DNA of 64,000 nt, from contig OX597831.1 in the NCBI GenBank assembly GCA_951406725.2, positions 39,804,001 through 39,868,000 on the forward strand, read 5' to 3'. Below the pieces are notes generated by a model, which did not search any database, was not told where the DNA came from, and saw only the letters and a program-made list of their open reading frames with translations. The position numbers and the translations under genes are program-made. Positions 1-13,867 of the stretch are shown one piece after another; positions within the stretch are counted from its first letter, which is position 1; every line of letters begins with the position of its first letter. This DNA comes from Octopus vulgaris. Taxonomy: Eukaryota.

Positions 1-302
1 AGCCTTGTGAGTGGGTTTGGTAGACGGAAACTGAAAGAAGCTTGGCGTATATATATGTATATATATATATATATGTGTGTGCATGTTTGTGTTTCTGTGT
101 TTGTCCCCCTAGCATTGCTTGACAACCGATGCTGGAGTGTTTACGTCGCCGTCACTTAGTGGTTCGGCAAAAGAGACCGATAGAATAAGTACTGGGCTTC
201 CAAAGAATAAGTCCCGGGGTCGATTTGCTCAACTAAAGGTGCTGTTCCAGCATGGCCGCAGTCAAATGACTGAAACAAGTAAAAGAGTAAAAGTGTAAAG
301 AG

Positions 303-304
<2 letters not shown>
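1..304 (+). mobile_element. tRNA/CORE-type SINE (family A here), 3' part; internal TA/TG microsatellite; CR1-like tail
   Basis: Matches the many other copies in the window; ends ...CCAGCATGGCCGCAGTCAAATGACTGAAACAAGTAAAAGAGTA, followed by (TA)n. Confidence 0.85.
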
Positions 305-345
<41 letters not shown>

Positions 346-429
346 ATTTATACATATATATATATGTGTGTGTGTGTGTATTTATACATATATATATATA
401 TGTATTATATATATATATATATATATATG

Positions 430-470
<41 letters not shown>

Positions 471-1195
471 ATACATACACATATACCCATACATATGTAC
501 AAACTTGTATCCGTACTTAACGCACTTACTCACGCACACATTTCTTGTTGTGTATTTGCCTTACATTTGTATCTAATGCTTCCCGGTATCTCCATCCTCT
601 CTACATTCATCTGCATGTTGTAAATTCCGATTTGGTTTTTATTGATGTCCTATTGTCTACTAGAAAATGGGCTGTTTACATTTTTAAAGAAATATCCAAA
701 TCAATTGTCCTCCTCCCATCTGTTCTATAAATCAATGTGGTAGCTATTGATCAGTGCCGGAGTAGGAGATAAAAGGTTTATATACACATATATATTATGT
801 AAAAGGTTTATACACGCACACACCCACACACTCAAACATATACATGCACACACTTGCATTTACTATATATAAAAAATTAAGTAGAGATTTATACACAATG
901 TCAGTATATATTTATTTATTTGTGTGTGTGTGTAGATACACTTGTGTATATATATATACACAAGTAAATCTATGTGTCTAGATATCTGCCCTCGTATATA
1001 TACAAGTGAATGTGTGTATATGCATGTCTGTATATATAATCTTTTTGTGTGTTCATATACAATTTTTTGTGTGTATATTTTATACATATGTGCTTGTGTG
1101 TATAAATAACTTTTTAATGTATACATGTGTGTGCGTGTATATATATTTTGTATATATGTATGTGTTTATATTGGTGCTGCATATGTGTATATATA

Positions 1196-1242
<47 letters not shown>

Positions 1243-1677
1243 GATATAATCATATATTCATTTATGTGTGTGCGTGCATGCTTGTGTATGTATAAATGCA
1301 TATATGCAGTCTACAAAAGACACATAAAGAGCAAAATATTTTCTTGTTCCTTGAAGCATTTTTATTCATTTTCATTCTTTTAAAAAGAATAAAGAACGAA
1401 AGTGACATATACAGAGAGAGAGAGAGAGAGGGGCAAGGAGTAGAATGAGTAAGACTATATGACAGTGAAGGATGTTTTTTAAATCTCCCATCCTCACCAT
1501 CATCCCTTTTAGTTGTATATTTTAGTATTCAAAAGCGCCGCCGTCCTATCTTATCCAATGTTCTTAAGCACACTGTTGTTATTTTGTAATATCTATTATG
1601 TTTTAAAAAACTGGATATTGAATTCTTCAGTTATTCTTATTTGATGTGTATGTGTAATATCTCTCTCTCTCTCTTTC

Positions 1678-1712
<35 letters not shown>

Positions 1713-1981
1713 TTGCATGTGTGTATGTATACACATACATTTGTGTGTGTATATGTATATATATATGTATATATATATAGACAGAGAGAAAGACCCACAT
1801 ATACTTTAGATATACATAGGAATATATATGTACTATATATCACACATACACACCCACTCACACATATATATACACAAATATATATATAGTGTGCGTGTAT
1901 TCATGTGTGTGTATATATATATATATATACACACGTGTTAGTATATATACATGATTACCTACTTTTATGTATGTATTTGTG

Positions 1982-2017
<36 letters not shown>

Positions 2018-2100
2018 AACACGTGTGTGTTAATATATGTACATGAGTATCTACTTGTACTTACTTGTGTGTGTATGTGTATACACACACACACATATTT
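305..2100. repeat. Degenerate (TA)n/(TG)n/(CA)n microsatellite field
   Basis: Direct reading; ORFs here are YI/CV/HT repeats. Confidence 0.9.
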
Positions 2101-2780
2101 ATAAAGTGTTTATTTTGTTTCCACTTGTCATTAAACTTCTTTTATATTTAGTCAAAGAGTTTCAGTTACAATGGTTCTACTATTAGTGTGTATAAGTGGT
2201 TATATAGTGTCTTGTATCCAAATTGGGTATTTATTTATTTATTTACCTGTGATTCAGTACTTTACTTTAAAAGCAGTAATTAGAAGGAGAAAATGGTAAT
2301 TACATTGGTGAAAGGAAAAAAATCCAAAAAAAATGTTCCCCCATTTCACCCCCCTCTCCCACCCCACCACCATCAGTGCCATCACCACCACCACCACAAC
2401 CTCCATCACTTTATCAATAAAAGAAGAGACAAAAGAAGAGCAATAAGTACTTGTCAAGTGATTGAGAGGAATATGGCCACCATAAAAATTTGGTTTTGGT
2501 GAGGAGGGGGGAGGCGCCCTACCCCTCCATTCAAAAATATAAAGGAATAATAAAACTCTCCTCCCCCCACCTGTCTCCATGAAAAGCCAATACACATTCT
2601 TTGCTTTTATTTTATGTTTTATTATTTTTTTTTGTTTTGTTTGGTTTTGCACTTCAAGCCACTTCTCATCTACCTCATCAATGTTTCAGTACTATGCCCA
2701 TCCTTTTATTGTTTTTTTCTTCAGGCATAGTGTATTTGGGACTATATTATCTAATGTGTTTATCATATTTTTACATTTAA

Positions 2781-3200
2781 TCTCTTTTACATGTTTCAGT
2801 CATTTGACTGCGGCCATGCTGGAGCACGGCCTTTAGTCGAGCAAATCGACCCCAGGTCTTATTCTTTGGAAGCCTAGTACTTATTCTATCAGTCTCTTTT
2901 GCTATCAGTTTCTTTTGCTGAACCGCTAGGTTACGGGGATGTAAACACACCACCATCGGTTGTCAAACGATGTTGGGGGAACAAACACAGACACACAAAC
3001 ATATACACACACATACATGTATATATTCATATATACGACGGACTTCCTTTCAGTTTCCGTCTACCAAATCCACTCACAAAGCTTTGGTTGGTCCGAGGCT
3101 ATAGTAGAAGACACTTGCCCAAGGTGCCATGCAATGGGAATGAACCAGGAACCATGTGGTTGGTAAGCAAGCTACTTACCACACAGCCACTCCTGTGCCT
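2781..3200 (-). mobile_element. SINE family A, full length
   Basis: Minus strand reads GGCACAGGAGTGGCTGTGTGGTAAG (A box), GGTTCATTCC (B-box-like), CACCTTGGGCAAGTGTCTT (CORE-like), internal microsatellite, CR1-like tail. Confidence 0.9.
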
Positions 3201-3703
3201 AAATAGTTAGTGGGTTGTTTTTTCTTTTTTTTTTCTTATTTTGGGGCTGTGTTTCTTTTAATATTTTTGTTCCTCCATTCCACCAAGGTCAACTTTGCTT
3301 TCATCCTTTCTGGGTCAATAAATTAAGTGCTTGTAGTGTACTGGTGTCAATCTAATCGACTGCCCCCACCTCCCCGAAAATTTCGGGCCTTGTACCTAGA
3401 GTAGAAAAGAATATTTTTGTTCCCCCCACTGCACAAGCAGCTCAAACATCCAATTTAAACAATACAGAATACTGCAACACTGGCAAGGAATCCTCCTAGA
3501 AATGATCAAACGACGTACTAGAATGTAATAATAGCTGCTAGGTCTCCCTCACATTATACAATCTGTGTGTGATTTTGTTCCCTTTTTCAGTCTACGAGGC
3601 TTTTACATAATATTTTGTGATCTATTATTTATAGCTACGATTGCATTTGCACATCTCTTGTAGTATTGTGTTTTCAAATTTCTCAAGGTTTCAAAACAAA
3701 ATC

Positions 3704-3759
3704 TGCCCCAGCATGGCCACAGCTCATGAGCTGAATCTAGAATCAATCAATCAATCAAT
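3704..3759 (+). mobile_element. Very short 3' end of a CR1-type LINE/SINE with an (AATC)n tail
   Basis: TGCCCCAGCATGGCCAC + hairpin CAGCT-CATG-AGCTG + (AATC)n; same motif as the LINE 3' end. Confidence 0.65.
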
Positions 3760-4574
3760 ACATAAACATCCTTCCTTGTCAGTAAAATTAGCACTTCCAA
3801 CTTAGCAAATGAAAACCAGTAAGGCTTTCTGGTGTAGTGGTATCATGTCCTTCCACAAAGTTGTGGTTCTATTCCCGTTGGTGACTGTTCGGGTTTTTAT
3901 TTTTCTGTTTAATGGTCTTTATCCTGATCATTATTACCATCATCGTTGTTTTAGCATCCACTGTTCCATGTTTCCATGGGTTGAACAGAATTCTTTGGAA
4001 CATTTTTTTTTTCTCTGGCTTGATACCCTTCCTGTTGTCAATCCTCACCTGTTTCCAAGTCAGATAATATCTCCCCCTGTGGCTTGATATATTTTCATGG
4101 AAAATTTGTATGATGGGAGCACTTGTCTACTACTATCACACAATGTTGTGATAAGGAAGCACACAAACCTTAATGTATGTACAATAACAACATGAACAAG
4201 AATAGGCAATATTACATCTTTATTTGATTATTACACCATACAGGACTGATGGTCATGTCTATTGTGTCAGTATATTTAGATACAGAAAAAAGGTACAATC
4301 TATCCAAAATTTATACCAACGCAATGTTAACAGGGTTATGTATGTAGATATATATATGTGAAGGGGTCACAGCCCCAGAAATATGGCATATACACTCATT
4401 ACCCACTTTTGTCTTCGATCTCATTGCTTAGGAATTTTTGTAGCAAAAATCGGTGCTGGCAATAAGTTCTATAGAATATCTGTGGAAATAACCATAGCAA
4501 AATGGCATAGCCTATGTTGTAACATCTGTGGATCACAGACACTCTGGTTAAGGACCCAACCCGGCCTAGATGCA

Positions 4575-4709
4575 TGAGTGGCTGTGTGGTATGAAGCTTG
4601 CTTCCCAACCACATGGTTCCGGGTTCAGTCCCTCTGTGTGGCGGCTTGGGCGGGTGTCTTCTTGTGAGTAGATTTAGTAGACGGAAACTGAAAGAAGACC
4701 GCTGTTTGA

Positions 4710-4750
<41 letters not shown>

Positions 4751-4985
4751 AGTGATGAAAATATTTTGACAAATTAAATTTAAATGTCGAAGTAAATCTA
4801 ACAGTTTTTGTGTGTTTTAAATAGCTTATAAACACCTGCCACAATGTGATTGTTATATATCTATCTATAGATATATATGTGTGTGTGTGTGTGTGTATGT
4901 ATTTGAGTGTCAGTGTTTGTCCCCCCCACCATCACTTACCAAACTGCTAAGTTATGGTGACGTAGACACACACTGACGCCAGTTG
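4575..4985 (+). mobile_element. SINE family A, degenerate and interrupted
   Basis: Head GAGTGGCTGTGTGG...GGGTTCAGTCC; body GACGGAAACTGAAAGAAG. Confidence 0.7.
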
Positions 4986-5022
<37 letters not shown>

Positions 5023-5220
5023 TTCAAATTTGCTGAAATTGAAAGATGGAGACAGATGAAGGAACAACAAGCAGGTGTATTAGTTTAAACTTCAGGAAGA
5101 ATGGAAATACATTTGATGTTTTGAGCCTACGGTCTTTGACAGAAAGGATTAAGAGGGGAAAAAAAATGGAGGGTGGAAAAAAATGTCTATGGATTTACAG
5201 TTCAACATGATGAAATGGCT

Positions 5221-5257
<37 letters not shown>

Positions 5258-5284
5258 GCATACACACACACATACATACACATA

Positions 5285-5493
5285 CAATAATCCCTTGACT
5301 GGTGCGAGTGTTAGAATTCAAAATCCCACATGATAGGTGAAAATCCGCAAACTAGAAACAGTACTGTACTGTATATTTTTTTAAATTACTTATATAATTT
5401 GCATATATTTATTTTATTATAAATGCAAGACTGCACCACAAAGGAATCAACATAAGCTTAAATAATGAACTGTGATATGGCGAGGGATTACTG
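5285..5493. mobile_element. Tc1/pogo(Tigger)-like MITE
   Basis: Imperfect TIRs CAATAATCCCTTG ... CGAGGGATTACTG, with TA on the left side. Confidence 0.55.
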
Positions 5494-5781
5494 TGTGTGT
5501 GTGTGTGTAAACCATAAAAGTCAGGAGGTATGAGAGACGAATATAATTATTTAATCACTTGACATCTTTAGGTTTACAGCTGTTTTGCAGCATTTTTCAT
5601 GCAGTTATAATTTCAGTGTAGAATAAAAGTGTTTACACACTTGCATTAATATGCATGCTATGGAATATACAATGCAATTGTATATTCACAAATCAATGCA
5701 AAGTGAAGAACACTGCAAAAGGGCCATGGCTTTGTTTTCTTGGATTGCAATGTTGCTCTGAATTCAAATCCTATACCACAA

Positions 5782-5819
<38 letters not shown>

Positions 5820-5905
5820 ATAAATATTAGGGAATAAATCCAAATTTACAGCGAAAAAATCAGATTTAGGATTAAATCCAATTTTATAGTAAAATATTAT
5901 ATAAT

Positions 5906-6053
5906 ATTAGAGACAAAACCACTGTTTTGCAAAACAAACAAGGAAAGACTTAATCAATACATAAAATTTTTAATTTTTACTTTTTATTAAAATTTTATGT
6001 ATTGATTAAGTCTTTCCTTGTTTGTTTTGCAAAATAGTGGTTTTGTCTCTAAT
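5906..6053. repeat. Near-perfect inverted repeat, arms about 68 bp
   Basis: ATTAGAGACAAAACCAC...ACATAAAATTTT vs AAAATTTTATGT...GTGGTTTTGTCTCTAAT. Confidence 0.9.
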
Positions 6054-6088
6054 TAATATTATATATATATATATATTTGGTTATATAT

Positions 6089-6293
6089 ACTCTTTTACTT
6101 GTTTCAGTCATTTGACTGTGGCCATGCTGGAGCACCGCCTTTAGTTGATCACATCGACCCCAGGACTTATTCTTTGTAAGTCTAGTACTTATTCTATCGG
6201 TCTCTTTTGCCGAACCGCTATGTTACGGGGACGTAACCACACCACCATCGGTTGTCAAGCGATGTTGGGGGGACAAACACAAACACAAAAACC

Positions 6294-6341
<48 letters not shown>

Positions 6342-6511
6342 TATATACGATGGGCTTATTTCAGTTTCCATCTACCAAATCCACTCACAAGGCTTTGGTC
6401 AGCCCGAGGCTATAGTAGGAGACACTTGCCCAAGGTGCCACGCAGTGGGAATGCACCCGGAACCATGAGGTTGGCAAGCAAGCTACTTACCACATAGCCT
6501 CTCCTACGCCT
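6089..6511 (-). mobile_element. SINE family A, full length
   Basis: Collinear with 2781-3200. Confidence 0.9.
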
Positions 6512-6590
6512 GTAATGTTTGTGGATGGTATTTTTTTTTTTGTCAAATAACCACATGCTCTATATACTACTTCTTCACTTCAGCTTTATT

Positions 6591-6950
6591 ATTACCTCCA
6601 CCTTAGCGAAGACAGAGGTATTGTTTTCAGTCATGTTTATTTGTTTGTCCATGGACAACATATCTCGAACTGCTGGATGGATTCAGATGAAACTTTTAGG
6701 CATATTTGGCCTCGTGACTATCATGAACTGATTAAATTTTGGGATCGATCCGATACCAGACAAGGATTCTGGATTATTTTCCCATCTTTTTACTCAATTT
6801 TTGAGAGCGGCCAGGTTCATTTTTAGTATTCTCGTTTGTGAGGGCAGTCAAGTTTGTTTCAGATATTCTCATTTTAAAACTCATCTCCGGCTAATCATTT
6901 TGAGGACGTTGGTGTTGCTCTGGCAGAGGGTTGTACTCTCTGAGTGCTCA
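6591..6950 (+). mobile_element. Helentron-associated (DINE-1/HINE-like) non-autonomous element
   Basis: 5' hairpin ACCTCCACC...GACAGAGGT, GTTT repeat, 3' subterminal GGCAGAGG and short terminal palindrome; second copy at 12615-12981. Confidence 0.6.
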
Positions 6951-7084
6951 TATTCTTATTTTTGTGCCTTTTGTTTGAAATCTTTCATCACACTTCCTGT
7001 GACCTCTTCAGCATATCTCTACACCTCTCCTCCTACTCAATTTAGTCCATCATAGGAATCTTGCAAAGCAAATGCATAAACATT

Positions 7085-7445
7085 GTCATCGTTGTTTAAC
7101 GTCCATTTTCCATGCTAGCATGGGTTTGACTGGTGTCTGGGAAGCCAGGAGGCTGCACCAGTCTCCAGTCTGATCTGGCAGTGTTTCTACAGCCCTTCCT
7201 AACGCCAACCACTGCATGAGTGTAGTGGGTGCTTTTTATGTGTCACTGGCACAGGGGCCAGAGGAGGCTGGCAACATCCATGATCGGTTGGTGCTTTTTA
7301 TGTGCCACTGGCACGGATGCCAATCAAGGCAGAGCTAGCATCGGTCACATTCGGATGGTGTTTTTTACGTGCCACCGGTACGGATATCACTCCTACAATT
7401 TCCATTTGACTTTTGTTTTGACTCAATACGTCACCTCAAGCACAG
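7085..7445 (-). mobile_element. RTE-LINE 3' end with internal tandem units
   Basis: CCATGCTAGCATGG palindrome, CCCTTCCTAACGCCAACCAC, (GAT)n tail on the minus strand. Confidence 0.75.
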
Positions 7446-8882
7446 AAGGTCCCCCAACAATCCAAGGCGAGCACAGCAGGCCGTCCTGCGAGCCATGAAC
7501 TCATTTCAAAATATTCGTCATCGTCATTTGAAGTCTGTTTTCCATGCTCACATGCGTCAAACAGTTGAACAGGAACTGGCAAATCAGGAGATCTGTTTTG
7601 GTCTGGTTTATTCTCTTGGGTGCCCTTCCTTGTGTGAACCACTTTACAGGCTGTAGTGAGTGCTTTTTACATGGCCCCAGCAGCTGTGAGGTCACCTAAT
7701 AACTTGCAGGACAGGAACTCTTCAAGGGTGGGTTGGGGCATGGTTTTGAGGGACAGAAAAAGGTGTTGTGCAGAACAAGAGAATCATGAGCTCACCCTCT
7801 CCAAATCCCAGTCAACTTCACTATATGCAGTAACCTGTAAGATGTAACCCCATCCTCATCACATCTTCACTATCTTTCCTTCTCTCTCTCTCTCTCTCCC
7901 CCTCTCGTCTCTCCCTGTTCCCTCTCATCTCTCCCTCCTCCCTCTCGTTTCTCCTGCTCATCTCGGCTCTCCTATATCTCCCTCTCTCTCCTGTGTCTAT
8001 CTCCTCTCCCTTCTCTCCTTCCCTCTCTCTCTGTCCTCTTCTCTCCCTCCTCTCTCCTCTCACCCTTCTCTCCCTCTTCTTTACTCTTCTCTCCTCTCTT
8101 CTCTGTTTTCCTCTTCTCTCCCTCCTCCCCATTCCCTCTTCTCATACCCTCCCTCTCCTTCCCTCCCCTATCACCTCACCTCTGCCCTCTTGCTCCCTCT
8201 ACCTGGTGATGGTGTTGATGAAGTCGACAGTGATAACGATGTCACGTCATCATCGCTAAGGATGGCTTCGATGACATTGAGAATGATGGCGTCGAGGACG
8301 TCGTCTACAACACAACTATGACAACGTGGGAAAGAGCACTGCAAATAATGACGTCAACGACAACAACAACGACAACAACCAGTCTATGAAGTTTCTGCAA
8401 CAATGTTGCCAAACAACACACGCCTGCCCCGCCCCCCTCGTGCACCTGCTCACACATTCCCTCCCCTCTTACCTGCCCCTTTGCTGAGGCAATCTAATCG
8501 ATAATTAACAGTAAATATTTGATATAAGAACAGAGTATTTCTTGAGAGGTTCTATCAAATGTCTTTATATGCCTTAATTCACACAATCTAATTTTCTTTG
8601 TGTCACTTTGTATGTTAGTTGTTTTTCTTGTTGTCTTCTTTTCTCATTCCATCTCATTTTCTTTTTTGTTGCATAACTTTCGGGTTTTTTTTTAATGTTT
8701 AGTGCTTTTCATGTACTTTTATGAATGGTTTTCTGGGTTTTTTTTTTGTTTTCATTGTCAGTTATTTACTAATTTTTTTCCCCCCTATTTTGCTTTGGCT
8801 TCTTGTGTTTTCAGCTGTTTTCTATTTATTATTATTATTTTATGCAAATTCTTTGCTTCCATTTTTATGATGTATATGTAGC

Positions 8883-8926
<44 letters not shown>

Positions 8927-9064
8927 TTGTGTGTATAATTGTATGTGTTTGCATATATATAAGTGTGTGTGTATATGTAATGTGTATATACTATTTATAT
9001 ATATATTTATATGTGCGTGTATATACAATACATATATATAATACATATTTATGTATATACACAC

Positions 9065-9099
<35 letters not shown>

Positions 9100-10964
9100 T
9101 ACTATTCATCTTTCATCTTTTTAATTGTCTTCCCTCACACTACTCCCCATTGTTTGTTTGCTTTCTCTTTCCTATTAAATCTTTTTCGTTTAGTACTTTT
9201 CTCCCTTTCATCTGTTTCTTCACCTCCCTTAAATAATTCGATCATCTCTTTCTTCTTCTCCACCCCCCACCCCCTTCCTTTCCTTCTGTCTTTTCTTGTC
9301 TCTTCCCTGCTCTTTATTTTCTTTCTTTTTCCTCTTCCCCTTCTTTCTTCTTTTCCTTTGCCCCCTTTCTCTCCTTCACTCCTGCCCCCCCCTCTCTCTC
9401 TCTCCACCTTTCTGCCTTTAATCTCTCTCTGTTCCTCCTTTTACTGCATTTTCTGGTGGCCTGCAAGTCGAAATGCTTTGCACCAGAATTTACAACCAAA
9501 AAAAGATAGGTCGATTTATACACCAAGATGACTTTGGAGGACCAAAAATTCCATGTGAAATGCAGCAGGAATAGGAAAGATAATAATGGTTGAATGTCTA
9601 CTCTATATACTTCATTGACTTTTATGGCGAAAAATAGACTTCTCTTGTTCCTCAATCTGAACATATACCAAAAACATTCCTGCAGTTCAACTTTTGCTCT
9701 TCCCTCCCCAAACACTACTGGTGTATTACAGCATAGAACTAACTGTCTAGGCATTGAGTAGTGATTGTTCATATGGCTGAGTATTCCTACAGTCATTTAT
9801 ACTGGCATTGTTGTATGGTTCAGAAATTTACTTCACAGCCTTGTGTTTGTTTGTTCATTTTGTTTTTGATGTCCAGTCTCAGTGCATACTGTCTTGGGAC
9901 CAACGTCGTCTTCTGCATCCTTGGGCCAACTAATGCTTCGAGAGTAAATGTGATAAATGGAAACTGTGTGGAAGCTTATGTTTATATCATCATCATCACA
10001 TTTAATGTCAGTTTCCCATGCCGACATGGGTCAGATAGTTTGACAGGAGCTGGCAAGTCAGAACACTGCGTTGAGTTCTACTGTCCGCACTGGCAACGTT
10101 TATATGACTGGATGCCCTTCCTAACACCAATCGCTTTACAGAGTGTACTGGATGCTTTTTATGTAGCACCACCAACAGTGAGGTCACCAAGTAACTTAAA
10201 GATAAGCACCCTCAACTGAGTGGGGAGCGTAGTGAAGGAGGTGGCTTTGTGTCAGGGGATGAGAGGTTGGGGTATGAATAGAAGGACAGAAATAGGCACC
10301 ATGCAGAAGACACAGTTCCCTCCACCCCCCCCCCTCTCTTCCTCCATCCATCCATCCCTACATCTATAGTGTGTGTGTGTGTGTGTGCATGTGTGAAAGA
10401 GACCACTTGATAGCCAGTATTTTGTTTCCCTTTCTGTAACTTAATCATTTGGCAGAAAGGGACTGACAGAATATTTAGCAGATTTAATGAATAGTAAGGA
10501 CCCGCATTAATCTGAGCAAATAGAAACCCTTTAAGCTTGTGCCCAAGGATGGCCACAATCTAATGTCTAAAACAAGTAAAAGAATGTAAGGTAATCTTGA
10601 GGTAGATTCCCCAGGATATGGTACTCTGACTAGGCTGGTCCTTTGAATTAAAAAGTACAGTCCATCTGGCAGGCTTCCGTACAGTTTCTGTCTACTCAAG
10701 GGTTCAGGTATATAAGTTAATGATGTTTCTGTGGAAGGTGGTATACAGTGGGATTGAACTTAAGGACCTCATGATTGCAAAGCCTCTTCTTAACCCCTTT
10801 GCCATGTATCCCTCTCCCCACCCCTCACATGCACACCCTCTTATACTTCCCTTATCTCCTTTGTGCTGTTGCCCTTTTTATACGTAGCTTCTTCTGACAC
10901 TACTTTCACTTCAAACGCCATTATGGATCAAGTGCAGTGGGAACGTCTGTCACTAATCTCTTAT

Positions 10965-11290
10965 GTTCCACTTGTTTCAGTCTCTGAACTGTGGCCATGC
11001 TGGGGCACTACTTTGAAGGCTTTAGTCGAAAAATATCGGCCCCAGTACCTTTTTATTTTTTTAAACATGGTACTTAGTTCTACCAGAGTCTTGTCAAACC
11101 GCAAAGTTATGGGGCATAAACAAACCAACACCAGTTATCAAGCAGTTTTGAGGGACAAACAGAACACACACACACATGTATATAACAGATTCCTTTCAGT
11201 TTCCACCTGACAAATCCACTCTTAAAGCTTTGCAACTGAGCCAGAAGTCATACGGTTAGGATGCAAACACCTCTCCACACAGTAACACCT
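10965..11290 (-). mobile_element. SINE family A, degenerate
   Basis: Tail and body motifs recognisable. Confidence 0.65.
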
Positions 11291-11389
11291 GTGTCTGTTT
11301 TAACCATTATTTAAGCATAATAGTACACCCATTATTCAAAGAGAAATTAAGACAGTCTTATTCACAACAATAAATGCGAATGTTGCATA

Positions 11390-11580
11390 ATGCTTCCTGG
11401 CATTCTTTTGTTTTATTGCTTGGCGTTAATTAAGTATAGCTCTGCTGAAACAAAACGTGAACAAATTGCAGCATTGAAAAATGTCTGGTGTAAAGAATTG
11501 AGAGGTGATGAAACAGTTGGAAAAAACATTAAGAGGGCTATGGCAAAAGCAAAGGGTGGCCATTTTGAAATTGTAAATGT
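11390..11580 (+). pseudogene. Possible Tc1/mariner-superfamily transposase C-terminal relic
   Basis: Translates ...KEL...AMAKAKGGHFE, resembling the AKGGHFE terminus of Tc1-like transposases. Confidence 0.4.
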
Positions 11581-11590
11581 ATACTTTTTT

Positions 11591-11805
11591 ACTCTTTTAC
11601 TCGTTTCAGTCATTTGACTGCGGCCATGCTGCAACACTGCCTTTAGTCGAACAAATCAACCCCAGGACTTATTCTTTGTAAGCCTAGTACTTATTCTATT
11701 GGTCTCTCTTTTGCCGAACCACTAAGTTACGGGGACGTAAACACACCAGCATCGGTTGCCAAGCGATGTTGGGAGGAGACAAACATAGTGTATATGGTTA
11801 TATAC

Positions 11806-11875
<70 letters not shown>

Positions 11876-12040
11876 GTATATGATGGGCTTCTTTCAGTTT
11901 CCGTCTACCAAATCCACTCACAAGGCTTTGGTCGGCCCTAAGCTCTAGTAGAAGACACTTGCCCAAGGTGCCACGCTGTGGGAATGAACCCGGAACCATG
12001 TGGTTGGTAAGCAAGCTACTTACCACACAGCCACTCCCGT
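11591..12040 (-). mobile_element. SINE family A, full length
   Basis: Collinear with the other copies. Confidence 0.9.
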
Positions 12041-12246
12041 AAAATATTTGTCCACAAATATATAAGTATTGACCTGGAAACTTCCATAAACTAAAACTAA
12101 ATTTTTATTTTTTTATAAAACAAATAATGACTAAATATACGTGCAACACCTAGTGTGTGTGTGTGTGTATGGAAAGAAGAATTGTATTCCTGCACAGAAT
12201 AAAATACAGAATTTGTCTTCAAACACCAAAACAAATTCTATATATA

Positions 12247-12600
12247 TCATCATCATTTAACATCTGTTAACCATGCTGGCATAGTTTCTTCAGTTGTATG
12301 CCCTTCCTAACGCCAACCACTCCGAGAGTCTAATGGGTGCTTTTACATGTCACCAGTATGGGTGACAGTTGCGTGCCACCAGTATCTGCCATGACTACAA
12401 TTTCACTTGGCTTGATGGGTCATCTCAAGCACAGCATATTGCTAAAGGGCGCAGCTATTTGTTAATACCTCTATGAGGCCCAACACTTGAATGGTGCTTT
12501 TTACATGTCATCGGCATGGGTGCCAGTTACGTACCTCCGTGAGGACCAATGGTTGAAAGGTGTTTTTTACGTGCCAGTTATGTGACACCAACAATGGCCA
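12247..12600 (-). mobile_element. RTE-LINE 3' end including decayed ORF terminus
   Basis: Minus strand GLIEVLTNSCAL*QYAVLEMTHQAK* runs directly into the AGGAAGGGCAT...(GAT)n 3' region. Confidence 0.65.
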
Positions 12601-12614
12601 TTATTATTATTATT

Positions 12615-12981
12615 ACTACCTCTGCTTTAGCGAAAGCGGAGATATTGTTTTCAGTCGTGTTTGTTTGTTTGTTTGTATCGACAAGATATCTCAAGAACCG
12701 CTGGATGGATCCAGATGAACCTCTCAGGGTTGTTTGGCCTCATGACTGGCACGAACTGATCAGATTTTGATATCGATCCAGTACTGAACAAGGATTCCGG
12801 ATTATTTTTCCTGTTTTTTTTTACTTAATTTTTGAGAGCAGTCAGGTTCATTTTTAGTATTCTTCTTTGTGAGAGCAGTCGAGTTTATTTCAGATATTCT
12901 CATTTAAAAAATCGTCTCCAGCTAATCATTGAGAGGATGTTGGTGTTGCCCTGGTGGAGGTTTGCGCTGAGTACTCTTGTT
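12615..12981 (+). mobile_element. Helentron-associated (DINE-1/HINE-like) element, copy 2
   Basis: Collinear with 6591-6950. Confidence 0.6.
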
Positions 12982-13867
12982 ATTATTTCAAATGGCTTAA
13001 TTAGGCTCCATGCCACTTAGAGTTTCACAGGCTCCTAATGGAAACCTGGCTCGTTGAAGCTCAGATTACGCACACACACACACACACACATACACACATT
13101 CACACACACACATTCACACACAACCACCCTGATACTTTGTAACCATTTTCTTTCCTGTTGCAATTTGGATAACAATGTTTTTCCTTTGCAGTAGGACATC
13201 AGGAAATTTATAGCAGAAGACACTTGCCCAAGGTGCCACAGAGTGAGACTGAACCCAGAACCCTGTGGTTGGGAAGTAAACTTCTTACCACGCAGCCATG
13301 CCTGCGCCTATATAAAAAAATTTCTTTTTTCTTCCTTTTGTTTTGTGTAATTATATTAGAAATGTGATTTTGAACTTGTTGACAGGAGTTGTTATTTCGA
13401 CATGAAAGGGTTATTTTATTACTGAGAAATTACACAGTATGGTAGAGGAATCATAGTATAATATATAGAATGAGAAGGAGAGAAGGTGAGAGATGAGATA
13501 GAAACAGTAACAGGGGGAAAAAAGACATTGTGAAGCAGAGAATTAGAAAGATAAAGCTGTGACATTGATAGCTAGAACACTGCAGAAATAGACAAACAAA
13601 TAGATTAAAAGTTGTATACATATGTATATATATATAGTGTTATGTGTCTGCGTGTATGTATAATAGTATATATAAATATATAATGCAAACATATATCATA
13701 TAATTTTATCTTTAATGTATAATTTGAATTGCTGCTTTTTTTTTTCTTTGATTGTTGATGTAAATAATTTTAGTTTATTTCATTCAAAAATGTTACTTTG
13801 TGTGTGTGTGTGTGTGTATGTGTGTGTGAACTGTCATGTACTGTTTTCTGTATGATTAACCTATCTG

